64,000 bases of DNA, from contig CM106586.1 of assembly GCA_048013815.1 (NCBI GenBank), forward strand, positions 23,870,001-23,934,000, written 5' to 3'. Positions 1 through 14,005 of this stretch are shown here, in pieces. Origin of the DNA: Setoptus koraiensis (lineage: Eukaryota > Animalia > Arthropoda). The notes under the pieces are model-generated. The model had not been told where the DNA came from and searched no databases. It saw nothing but the letters and a program-made list of their open reading frames with translations. The translations under genes were made by a program, and so were the position numbers. Position 1 is the stretch's first letter. Each line of letters begins with the position of its first letter.

Positions 1-726
<726 letters not shown>

Positions 727-1754
727 TTAATAGTTGAATAATTAATAAGTTAAATAGTTAATAATTGAATTAGTAACAGCAGAATTATTGTGTCAAAATA
801 GAAATAGGTGACGAGGAGAGAAAATACAATTCATCTTGGCGTAATTTCGAATGCGTTAGAATAGCTGTACAAGACATTACATTCGAATGTAAAGCAAACT
901 AAGTCAGAGTTAAGTGGACACCCTGTACATTTGCCAATGACAGCATTATTTTCATGTGCGCACACAGCATGCTACATGTATGAGTGCTCACTCTCTAGCG
1001 TTGCCAATGCTGAATTTACAAATACAACAACATAGGCACAGGCCCAACACATGCACATGATTGATACTGGGCACAGAAATTCATTAGATTCGTACAAAAT
1101 AAAAATAAAATTCTTCGAAAGGTGAAATCAGATTATCTAACTATGCCACTATAACCACTGGTCATGTGGAATATCACACGCGAGAGACACTAGCCACGGT
1201 CAGTTTGAAAAACTAGCTGGAGCTCTCGCCATGGCCCCCGACATACCTCTGAAAGGTCGAAAGTGGGAGGCACTAGAAGGCGCGGTTCGTTAAAACTCCC
1301 ATCTCTTGCCTCCCATCTTTCAGTCGAATCTCGTAGCGCGCAGGACATCATGGGAGGAACCAGAAAATCTAAGGGAGCGTAGAATGAATGAAAACAATGG
1401 AACACCCCAAATAAAAGATTGTGCTCGCCTGAACCTCAATGCGTTGACCGGAACGACACCCTGCCGGTTCTCTATTCACTAATGCCTCAAATACATTATT
1501 GCATGATCTACTTAGTCTAACAGTGATAAAATTTGGTAGACACATAATTAATAAACATGTCAACAAAATGTCAGCAATACAACTGCGAACTCCTTGTGAA
1601 AGCCATTACCTCGGGCACACCGTTATGGACCACCCAAGGATTTGAGATCATAAGGCAAAACCTGGATTTAGATGACAAACAAAATAACCAATGAACTCTT
1701 TAAATTAGCACGGCACGAGATGAGGCTATTGTTATTACAGATTTCATGTGTATT

Positions 1755-3653
1755 TTATTGGCAATCTTCACGCTTGACTATGTCGGCTGGATCGGCGGAA
1801 TTACTTTCGATGATCGAGACACTTTCATCGGTTGAAGCCACACTTTGCGGCGTCTGAGTATTCGTTGTTTTTGTTATTGCACACGTTCCTTGTGCAACTC
1901 TAGCCAACGTTATAACTAGTGAATCTATTACTTGTTGCATAAAGGCAAGATTATTATCTGTTAACAAATGAACATCATCACATGCACTATGATAACACTT
2001 GGAATAAGACTTCCTCCAGGGACCGAGATCAGTTAAAAGTATTGCTTTCAGGCCATAATGACCAACGGAGGATATGCGATCGGGGGACCTCCTGACAGCA
2101 GGACTTGTTAGCGCCGGATACCAAAACGAGGCATGATCGCTGCGAAAAAAATCATTCCATTTGTATCTCTCATCATAACTAGGTATTGTCTGGGGTAATT
2201 TTGGTCTCATTGGTTTAAATGTGCGAGATTCAAATCCGAGGCTGACCCACGAGGTCTTGAAAGCAGCCTCCAATGGCTCGTCCCATCGCTCACGCGACCA
2301 AGCTGCTAAAAAGTCTCCACGATTCTTTTCTTTCTCCACTTCCGTAACAAAACCCGGCAAAGTCTACGTAATTGTTGAATGAATAGATGCGAACATGGAC
2401 GTGAGTACATGATTAAACTTTTCAATCGCGAGGATGTGTCATAGGATCGATGGATCAGCAATGAATGAAGCGGTACTTACAGTTTTCACTGAATTAGGTA
2501 AACTTTGTGTATAGTTTTCCTTATCGCGCACTGTTACACAAAAGTTTGCGGATGTCGGAGGGTATGATGAAGAGTTAGGATCATATTGAATTAACTCATT
2601 TGGACTTTCATTTATCTCTATAGGTGATATCAAATCAAACTTACCCAAAATCATGTCCATGATATAGGCGCCAATGAATTTAGAATTATACTTATCAAGT
2701 TCGAATGGAAATAGATAATCATTAACGAAAAACTCGCTTCCAAATTTGCCCTAATGATTAAAAATGACAACAAAAAAATACCATGATCCAATGGAACACA
2801 ATAGAAATAATTAATCACAAAAACTGACAACAACAACATTCTAATAAGAGGTTCTATTAGATTGCTTCGTTACCTGTTCTTCATAGTCAAACCAGACCAA
2901 CATTATGGTATGATTAAAGGTGCACCTATTTTGAGAAACCAATCTGGCGATCTCCAATAAGCAAGCGCTACCGGACCCATTATCGTCAACGCCCTATCAG
3001 ATGTTTAAAATAAATGATGAGTCAGATTGCATTTAGATGAGATTATAGGAATATTGTGTGCTTCATATAATGTTTTGAAAATGCCATCAACTGACAAGCA
3101 TGCTAACACTTACCGGAGCTTTAGTTGCTGAATCCCAATGAGCCCCAACAAGCAATATCCTTTCATCTTTGGTCTTGCGATGCTTACCAGGCAGTATACT
3201 AATCATATTATAACTGTATGTTGTGCGCCTCCTAACTTCTAGTCTAGATTTTTGCTGAAATGATGTCTCGAAACCCAATTCTTTAAGCCTAAGCACAACG
3301 CCCTCTCTGACAGTTGCCTTGTATTGTTGATCATCGTGGGACCTTGGCTTGATGAAGAACTCATGAAATACATTCAATACTTGTCGGCGATCGCTGCGAG
3401 GCCACAACGAAATATCGAAGTTAGTTTGATTTGTTGGCTCAATATCTTCAACATTGCTTTCATATGATGATGCCGTATCTAGTATTTCATCTTGAGGTTC
3501 TGGTATGATAATGGGCAATTTCCTCTTAGTTGTATTCTGTTGTAATGCTTGACCATTGATAGTAGCAGTTTCATTAAAATTATGAGCAGTCAAATTACTA
3601 AAACTTAATATAGTTATAGTGATCAACAGGAGTAGTATACAACAAGAATGCAT
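1755..3653 (-). CDS. Secreted M28-family zinc metallopeptidase (aminopeptidase-like), 5 exons, ~474 aa
   Basis: Exons 3653-3114, 2993-2874, 2750-2645, 2530-2481 and 2363-1755 join in frame via GT-AG introns. Signal peptide (MHSCCILLLLITITILS). M28 motifs: VGAHWDS, APGVDDNGSG, FDYEEQG, MDMI, RSDHASFW, CYHSACD. Confidence 0.88.
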
Positions 3654-4464
3654 TAAAAATGATTCTAATGATTCTTCTGGTGTTCAAGTTGGAGTACACG
3701 ATAACTGTACAACGTTGTAACAGTGGATGTAATGTAACTTTCTCCTCTAATCTAAATCAATCGATGGCCTATTGTTGTGGCTGGTGCTGATTATTGTTGG
3801 TATAATAGGTGATGCTATGATTTCTTGTGTGATCTTACATTTGTTAGCACAGATGAAATAAGAATAAGAAAGAGTAAATATAAATTAACATGCTTTTTTT
3901 TTCTTTCTGTATCATATCAATAAAATTATCCATCATTGATCAAGCACGTTTATCGATTCTCTATATGTACCTTCATGAAATCCTCTGTGAGCTTATGCTA
4001 GGAGCTTCTAAAGAAAGCTCCGTTCTTCTTTTTTCCTTTCTTACACACTATATCATCTACATCTTGGCCTTATTAGCGTTGATAAGATATATCATCATGA
4101 AGTAGTCATTATTAATAATAATATTTATAAACACTGTATGTGTTTTGACACTCCACCAACTAGATCCACTGCAACTAATACTGCTACTATTACTATTACT
4201 ACTGCTATCTGGCTGGCTGACTGGCAGACTGACTGGCTGGTCTCATCATTCGATGGTCCGCTTATCTAACTAAAGATCATGCCCACCATAGTACCAAATA
4301 CGTAGTGCTCAATAGATATAAATTTATATATAAAGCGAAATAGATTTGACAGTGTTATACTAGATTATCAGACGTTGAGACAACAACTAGTTGTCGTAAC
4401 TTCTCAATGATGTTTAGACGACGGATGACACTGTGTATGCTGACACTGACATGACGTTCAGTAC

Positions 4465-4550
4465 ATATAAATATATATATATTTATGTATAAATATATAT
4501 ATATATATTTATATATTTATGTATAATATATATTTATAATAATATATAAG
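4465..4550. repeat. AT-rich (TA)n-like low-complexity tract
   Basis: Interrupted atatat runs are visible directly. Confidence 0.8.
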
Positions 4551-7500
4551 ATATTTGATTTATGTTATGTGATCGAACGACAACAACGAATACGACGACA
4601 AATGTCGAGCATCTCTAGTTATCTATTTTGCACGATCCCAGTCCATTAACAAGCTCAACCGTCAATATCGATATAGATGGCAGCAAGATCGTTGGTCTTG
4701 CCAACTATCTTGCTAGCCAAGGCAACGAAGGAATAGCCAGAGGCAACTAAAGAGCTGGCTGAACGATCCAGCCAACGATCTAGCTAGGCAGCTTGTTGTT
4801 ATACGGCTCATACGTATCGTGAGTGTGTGTATATATCATTTATAAGATGCTCTATATTCTTTTTGCTTGCTTTATTTTTGCAGCAAGCTTCTCAGTTTCT
4901 CTCTACATCAGTTATAATTCATCAGTTTAGGAAGTCAATGGATAACAATGCTCCTTGCTCGACAATTGTCTATCTATACTATATATGTGATCTAACTATG
5001 TATGTGAAATTTCTCATGCGACAACTGCAATTGGCTTAGTCACTCTGTCACTTGCTCACTCACTTGTTAGTCACGCTGCGAGGGAAATACATTCAGTAAT
5101 AATACGAGATAATAATAGAAGATAGATTATCTTTAGTGAATAGCAACCTAAGCTCATGATATATTTTTACTTTTATATATATGATTCAACAGCAAATTCA
5201 ATTAGAAGGAATGGCGATGCTTCAAATACACATACACACCTACCTTTGTGGATTTTAATGGATGGGCTGCAACTTGTAATTGTTTGTAATGAACTAGATG
5301 AGATTGTCGCTGTTGTTGTTGTTGCTTTTGGCTGGTGTAAAGTAGTTATTGCAGTTGCACTTGCTGTTGTTAGGTGACAATCAAGAATGAGGGAGAGTAA
5401 TCAACTCAAACGTTTTGTCTTGCTGAAAAAATGAAACGACAACCAAAGACATTCACTATTACTTTCATCTGGTCTACCTAGGTATATTAATGCTAATTAT
5501 ATACTCTTGCTGCAATCAATTGGTAGTGCACAGCCAAGCAACGGGACCACTTGATTGCTCGCATCACTGGAGACAACAAGTACACGACAAATAAATCACA
5601 CAGCTCGCTGTTTAAAATTGGTTGTGTCGCATCATTGTGTCACTAATTTGAGGAGGAAACTTGCAAGTTGCAACAGGTTGCACAAGAGCAACAACTGCCA
5701 TGAGAACGAATGCAATAGTTATCACCTAGCTGGCATGAAGCTAGCACCCGGCCATGTGATTGCGTGTTGTCTTCCTGTGATGACATACAACATCTAACAT
5801 ATAACAACAACTGAAGGCTGTTTGTTGTTAGATATATTTTGTTGTTGGTGCTTTCACAACAAAGGCACCACTTAAAACTCTTTCTCTCTCACCCTTGTAT
5901 TTTGTTGCGAACACTTGTGAACAATGTTCAGTTGATACGACTTCCACATTTTCTTTATTATTCATTTCATTGGTATCATTGATGCAATTTGTTGTCGACG
6001 CAATGCTGTCATCATTATCATTTTGTTGCTTGTTCTTACTGGCTTACTGGTGCGAAAAGTGTTCTGACATTGCCATTGTCACACAGTGTCTCTAGTCACA
6101 GGAGTATAGTGCCAGCACCATGTAGTCGTAAAAAACAACAACAGCAACAACAACAATGGTGTCTCATAGACGTCGACATTCATCTACAACAAGCAACATG
6201 AACATGATGTAACATGCTGGTGACTATAATCAGATCAGCATAATAATTTTCATGTGCATAACTGTTACAACTGACTGATAATTTCGAAAATTAGTTGGCC
6301 ATCGTGACAGTTGCGACACAATGTCAAATTTCTGTTGATCGGCCGATGAGCCGAGCAACAAGTTTCTGATTGTATTGATGCTGTTGCTCGATGAGTAGAT
6401 CAATGTAGATCAGTGAATCAGTTCAAGTGGTTGAACAAACGATGTCACAAACAGTTACAAACAGGTAGCCGGTATTTATACATAGTTCAAGTGCAACAAC
6501 CCTGTTGGCCTCGTTTATTCGTTTTCCTTTTTAGTGAACGTTTCCGTTTCCGTTTACGATCCGTCTCGTTCTCTAAACGACGCATTAACCAACAAGTCAG
6601 CTATGTCATTACATCATGCGCATGTGATTCATTCACAGGCACTCTAATATCAATATAATGACAATATTATTACATGATACACACGTGTTCGTGTTCCTCG
6701 AAGGCCATGAGTCGGCCGACGAAACAAGTATTCTTACATATTACACCCCATGCATTTGATGCAGTGCTAGTCGAGCTACTCATCGTCGATAAAATACGAT
6801 CGAAATTTTACACTCAATAAAACTGTGTTGACCAATGATTGAAAGAGCTGCCACGACGAGTTACTTTGCTCGTTTTTGTTGTTATCCTCTTGACATCGTA
6901 AATCGCAATTTCACTCAAATCATATTGGATGAGATAGCTCAAGTAGAGGCACAGTCAAACAGCAATCGTGATGATCATTGATAGCGATAATTGGTAGTCG
7001 TCAGTCAGGCTGTAGTCGATTTGGCAATACAAGTGATCTATACAAGTGAGTCCGTCGATCAAATGTGCCAGAGTAGAGATAATTGTTGATAATAACACAG
7101 AAGGGTAATTATTGTAGGACGAGCTCAATTAGATGATTATATTTAATGTGTAAGCCCATCAACAAAAGGTATCATTCACAGTTGGCGTGATTGGTGCGTG
7201 ATGATTTCACATAAGATAATACATGTACCACAATAGTCTTAACTCTCTCTCACTGTCTTCTCTCATCATGATCTAGTTCGTATGGTACAAATCGATGGTC
7301 GGATCTAGATCAGATACACAGATGCATTGTGATGCGTGTGATTGGGATAATACCAAACAAGATTGAACATTACGGTATTGATTATTCAACTTTGAAGCAG
7401 TGCATAACCAAATGAGAGAAATTGATTATTCTGTTACCACTTGTTTGGTCATGTTTGGTTGCCAAGTAAGGAGCCAGCCAAAATTAAAGCTAAACAACAA

Positions 7501-10500
7501 GATTTGGACTAGCAAGTTAGCTCAGTAAGTAATCATTCTATAATAGATCACTCACTTCTCAGCCACCTACACACGTACAAGGTGACTTAATGTTGCATTG
7601 CCTAAACGTCCTCGAAGGTCGATGGCGCAATTTTGTCTGCAGTGAGCGAGAGACGGAAAAAAAGACGAGAGAGAAATCAATCATGGTGATGTCATCCACT
7701 TGACATCCATCTATATCTATCGCAACTCAAATAAACATTTCGTCTATCTAACTATCTGAGAAATTCTCTCAGAGAGTCTCTGGCTGGATTTTTTTAAGAC
7801 AATGTCACCAACGACAGAGATCTAGTTAGAAAACTAGATCTCAACTATGTTAGTATCATTGTTAGTGTCCGAGGTATATTCGTACAGAGGAACGAACACG
7901 AGTGTTAATAGTATATAAATTGGTTTGGTATAAATGGCTTGAGCATGTTTAGCACTGTGTGTCAATTAACAAAATGTCATTCGGGCACGCATACAATTTG
8001 TGACATAATCATTATAACTAGTTAGTGGCCTTGATTTTGCGAACAAGTGTCGTCTAGACACTGGAAGGTATTAGTATCTGAGTGCCGACACAGTGTACGC
8101 ATGTCCATGCATGTGTAAAGGTATAATTATAACGATTATTTGGGGCTGTTGTTTGTCTTGACACGACAATGGTTTCCACACAGTCTGTCACCCACTTCTA
8201 TTGTCCATTGTAGTGGCTAAGATAGAAGAGATCGAGAAATGTCCTCTCTGAAGTATGATCAGGCGCCAACAATCTATCACTGCCATTACTCACTAATGAG
8301 ATAAGAAACTTTGTCGAGATTACGTGACTTTATTGTGTGTGAGACTTTACTTTATTTACTACCAGTTTTTCTCTTACACCTACATGATGAATTAATTGGT
8401 TTGATATGGATATAAAATATATATAATAATATAGTGTATATGATGTAGCGTCTAAGCAGCAACTTGATGTATAAGTTGCTAAATTTATTTATATATTTGC
8501 TTAAGTAACAAGGCACACATCTCAACATACTAATAACTCTTACTTATTTGCGATGCACTAATGATTGTCATGAGGATGATGACGACGACTGCGACAACAA
8601 AGACGTATCAGTGTTGTGTCGTCTTGTATTATTTGTCAACTGTGATTTTGTGATGTCATTAATTAGTTTTATCATTGATGTAAATAGTACAAGTGCCGAT
8701 TTAAGAACCACGAGAATCAATTTGGAGAGATAGAGTGGGACACATTTCCACTGGTAGGCGAGCCAAACAACAACATTGATTAACGAGCTACAACACTTAT
8801 CAAACAAGTTGATCTGATGCAGTTGCTTTTAACAGTGAAACTCTACTTGTTGTTTTGCCCGTTCTATCTGGAACAACAAAAACAAGACCTCAAAAATGGG
8901 TAACGATAACGTAATGGTTGGTTCATCAATTGTCACCATTGTTGTACCGGCAAGGCGCGTAATTGCGACCGCCAGCTCTATGAGGGCGCCAACCACTGAA
9001 TGCTGCCATCTTGTGTGCCTGCTATCTACGACTTTTCGACCCGATCAACGGCCAATCAACAAAACGTGAAAATTGATAATTGTCACTATGGTGATACTAT
9101 ACTGCAGGCGCAGAAATTAGTGATGACAGATCATTTAGCTAGATAATAATTTTGTAGCTAGATTGGGCTCACAAACTGTTGTGACATAACTTTTGCAAAA
9201 TTTGTACGCATTGAGCATTGTCAATCAAGGTTTCTACGTGCCTCCGAATGTTTAGTTATACGCGCACTCTGTTCGCATAATAAATCAATATAATTAAGAC
9301 GGTGGGAAAAAACAAGTTTTGCATGGTAAACCGGGTCGACCGAGAGGCAAGGGCAAACAATTTTGGTGTTACATGATTATTAAAACTTTCGAGCCTTCAC
9401 TCATGGCCGACAGAGAGACTTTACCGCTTTGCAGCAAGCAGGCTCGCTTTTTTGAACGGCTGCACTGAACGTCACAATTGAATAAGATAAATCACACTCC
9501 ATGGTAGAATAAATTATGAAACTACCATCTACTTGAGGCTTGTGTTTGTACAACAAAAATAGAAGAAGAGAAATAATTGCAATGTTGATTTTGTGAAACC
9601 GACAGTGCACATCAACCATTGCACCAGGAAAAATGTCTGACAAGTGTCGTCTTTGTACAATTGACGATGATAAAGCTTATTGAACTCCGGACACTGGCAT
9701 TCGTAGATGCTGATTGGAGCTAATAATTATTGATTGTTTAAATTTACCTGGTGATATTCGCATGTGGCTTGTGATGGTTATTGAACTGAGCACTAGCAGT
9801 GGCAACGAGATTCATCTAATTAGCGCTAGCATCGATGAAAGCGACTATGAATATGTGAATATTATCATTATCTAATGACATACTTGACCTCTCACATGTG
9901 TCATGTGCCGCTATTAAATAATATAGACAAACTCTGAATCTGATACTGAATTGTCCAATATATTGTTTGCCTGAGCTGAAGTGTAACTGTGACGCTTCGT
10001 TGTGTATATTGCGCCCAAGAAAATGTGTTTGTATATGAACTATACAATGGTCAACAATTTGCAAAACAATTGGCTGCAAAATTGCGCAATGCTCATCATC
10101 GATAACAAAGCAACCTGAATTTGCTACAACTTGTTGACTTGAACTCGTTCACTGCACACAGAAACTCTATAGAAACTTGTCAATTCAATCAATGATTGCT
10201 GAGATTTGTTTATGCGGAGCCAAAAGAATGGGCATTTATTCACACGTACCTGATACAATCAAAATCAAACAACACTCACGTTGCACAAGTAAAGCCTTTT
10301 GTCGCTCCAGACTGTACTGCAATTATTTATATATCAATGGTAGTGGCAACGGATGAACGATGACACAAGAAGAACAAACCCTCATTTAATGCTCTAATGA
10401 CGTGACGTCTCATCTAGACGTAATTGTATTAGTTCAGTCACATTGAGCACAATAGCCATCACAGGCAACGTTAGGTTGCAATTTTCAACACTTGTCAACA

Positions 10501-11815
10501 TCGGCTAATTGAGTCGCAATCACAATGCACCGGAAATGAAATAAATGGCCGACTCAATCAACAAGTTCAATGTTAGATTGACGCCCAAGTTGAGTTGACA
10601 CATTGAAATGTAGATTGCGTGTTGGTTGTAGTTCAAACAAATCATGATTGCAACACGATAGTAATGATTGCAATGAACTTATCAGCATGTTTGTGTAGGC
10701 TGGCCGCTATAAGATATTATTTTTGAATAGAATTTGTTCCACGCCTGAAACTGTAATACTGGCCACATACTTCAGATACTGGCCAGATTTTTTGTAAAGA
10801 TATGGACCATGTGCCACTATGGCACATGTGCCAAGAGATGTGGCCATTGTGGCTGGGTTTTGATGTCTGGGCGATTGTCATTGGACCAGAATTGTGTGCC
10901 TAGATCTAGCAGCATCTAGCCAGCATCATTCCGCCCAATGCTCGTCGCCAGTGTCAGATGAAAAGGCATTATTTACCGGCGTAGATTTCAAATCACCTAA
11001 ATGAACTAATCCAGATTGCATTAGTGACCATCTATGCAAATCAAATTAGATCTAACACGCATGTGACTGGCGTTGTACATGTTGTTATAGGTGGCGTCTA
11101 GTCTTTGTTTACTGTGTCTAGCAGAAAACAAGTGGAATAGTTCAGTTCCGCTACATTCGCGAAACATTGGTGAACTCTGTTGTATATCTTCAATAATACA
11201 GACTCTAATGGTAGCCGCCCTCACAACAATCGTAGTCAGACAACAAGATTACAACAGGGCGCTTTTAATTGAACGAGTTCCATCTTATTCAGAGTGCACC
11301 CTGGATTTCATCATCTCCTCAGCCTATTTTGAGCACAGTTCGAGTCCATCAAACTTCATTTTTCGTCTAATCGGACCAAGATTGACAACTATCCCGAGAC
11401 CTCAACTGAAATGGGTTGATTGTGTTGCAACTACAGATCGGATGTACCGATAAGAGTCCATTATTTCTGCAGCATCACTCATGTAGAAAATATTGCAACT
11501 GCCCATGTTTGTTAGCGGTGTCTGACCATTGATTTCTTCGGATGCACCCTTGTGTTTACTCATATCACTGAGCACAGTCTTCTTCACCTCAAGAACTTTT
11601 TATGGCGCGATTTTGTAATAACTTGAAGACTTATAAGAATTGTACTCATTTTGCACCAAACAAATATGCGTCCGGGACACTGTCACAATGAACATACTGC
11701 ACGCTTTAGGTTTTTGATTTTCTCTCCCTCTCTCTCTCTTCATGAAATACCATATCCAGCGAAATTGTTGCCGCGGCCGGTGATACCTTTGTTGAGATCA
11801 ATGCAGAAACAGACT

Positions 11816-12277
11816 ATTCTGGGAGGCTAAGTTGTATATGTCTGCTGTAGAGACCTGTTGAACACAATCGTGTGGATTGTCAATTAGTTGTGCGAACAGA
11901 CACATTCATTCGAATTTAGCTTATCTGTTGTTGCTTCAACAGTAAGTTTCTTTTAACGCGTTAGTTTCAAGTTATTTATCCACCCATGATTAGACAGAAC
12001 GTTACAGAATGTGCAGCAAATCGCAGTTGTTGAATTACTATTCATAAAACAGCATTGCTCAATCATTATTTCTAGCATTCGTTGAGTCTCGTTAGCAGTG
12101 CGTCTGCGATGTACGTGTATCTGCGAAATCTCAAGACTAATCAAGTAAGTAAAAAAGCTTTGTAATGATTATTATCATTATTGCAAGGCTCGGATATACG
12201 TGCATGATATAGCTATTTTAAAATTGAAATTTACCACTATATTGACGACTCTGGAAAAGGGATCATGCTCAACATAA
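11816..12277 (+). pseudogene. Possible degenerate trypsin-like (S1) serine protease gene remnant
   Basis: ILGG at 11816, then WIV..LC..VVAST in the same frame with two in-frame stops. GTAAGT donors at 11942 and 12145, both phase 0, join to H-SLSLVSS...NQ and ARIYVHDIAILKL (S1 Asp-motif-like). No GDSGG motif was found. Confidence 0.28.
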
Positions 12278-13619
12278 ACATCCCACGGTATCATTAATAA
12301 CTCGAGTTGAAAGCCTGTTTTTGTTGCTACACTGTTGAGGTGTCTCGTGCTGTCGCTATGAGCCGTCATCATGATTGTGAGAAGTAAAAGAAGTAAATTG
12401 AGAATATTAGCGTCTCATTATCGTTTATCCACCCAGATAGTCATTTGACATGCAAAGGTGCCGGCGAAGTTTGTGGGCTCTTGCTAGTGTTCAACAAATT
12501 GGTATTAAGTATCAATTCTGGTGATAGATCGAGCGAGATATCAAACTAAGGAGCATCCTATTCACAGTGTCAAGATAATTGCTACGAGCTCGATCAATTG
12601 TACGGAGATAAAAAGAGAGAAGAGAACAAAAAGAATGTTTGTGAGTGTTCGAATGGTGAAAATCAATCAATATGCATCTGGCAATCTCACTAATCTAACT
12701 AACTATTCCAATGTGACTAGTCGCGTGAATGAAAGAGTAGTTTCTGCTTTCTTTTGCAATTCTCGTTTCAAGGTATAATGAGCTGATACAGTCCAGGTTA
12801 CTCGACTTGTTACAACTTATAAGTATTATTGAAGCCAACATATATTTATTAGTCTACTACTCCAACGAGTTCTTATCTTGAGTATGTCTGGTTTTACGAC
12901 GACAACTAGCTACTGTAAACAACACTTGTTCCATCCAATAGATTTGCTAGTCTCCTCCCCACCTGTACATAAAAATGCCTTCAGCTGGTAAGCCAATGGT
13001 TGGTTGGCTTCTTTTTAAACAATCTGGTTTTCTGCAACAAACGGTAGCTTGTATTGAACCTTAGCCCAATATCATCAGTTATTAGTTGGTAAGATTGTTA
13101 GGGTTACCATAGAGAAAATAATGAGAATAAGCAACCACTAACACATTCTAGTGTGTGTGCCTTATTTCTTCTCGAATCCCCAGTCTTGCATGACATGTTT
13201 ATACATGTATTCATTGCTGGCGGCATTGACATTACAGGTCTGAGTTTATGCTTACAACTAATAGATAGAAAGGATTTGCATAAGGGAGAAAGAGAGGTGG
13301 AAGACAATTTTCATAGGCTCAAGTATTGTTTTAGTTTGTTGTTTACTTGCAACTAAGATAATTATTGCCATTTACAGAATTCAACTGCAATTCACGCCAT
13401 TGCTGTATGACTAGACGGCCAAGCTTAGTTGAATTTGTGCTTGTATCTGGTATGCGGCGATAGTATTGTAGAGTTATATTAGTCTTGTCTGTTTGGTCTA
13501 GTCATCGTCTAGTGTCAATAAGCTGTGAGACATCTCCGATGACATTGTTAGTTTGCCCCTGGTGGATCCTTAAAAGTAGCATTATAATAACAAGAATATA
13601 AGTCGCTGGAGGATTGTCC

Positions 13620-14005
13620 ATGCTCCTTGGTGAAATTGATAAATATAAACATTAGTAGCATATTTCAACAGAACAGTGATTTCCGAATGCATCGCCATAA
13701 CAACACTAGCGTGTATGGTCGGAGTTCAATCAATTGAAGCATATCCATTTTATCCGAGGGGAACTATTGTCCGAAGGAAACACCAAATATCTTGGGAAAC
13801 AGGTAAGTTGAGAAGTTTAATGAGAGCCCAATGTAAACCTGAGATAATCAATTAAGGTGGCCGTGTATATTCAAATGATAAGTGGACATTTAGTTCGTTG
13901 ACAACACGACGAAGGCACCCAAGACAACACTCATCGAGAATGTGGCTTACTTTAAATCATTTTGAATCATCGACGTTTTATATGATTACCGCGTGTTCGA
14001 GTTGA
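13620..14005 (+). CDS. Candidate small secreted protein, 3 exons, ~94 aa, unknown family
   Basis: Exons 13620-13629, 13677-13802 and 13857-14005 give MLLVISECIAITTLACMVGVQSIEA-YPFYPRGTIVRRKHQISWETGGRVYSNDKWTFSSLTTRRRHPRQ... The donor CAG|GTAAGT at 13802/13803 is a perfect consensus. Introns are 47 and 54 nt, similar to other introns in the window. Confidence 0.4.

Noticed and set aside
9560-10060. Cys-containing frames (YECQCPEF on the minus strand; CPIYCLPELKCNC on the plus strand) suggestive of EGF or Cys-rich peptides
   Set aside because: No start or signal peptide and no consistent exon chain; TGT-rich DNA yields cysteines by chance.
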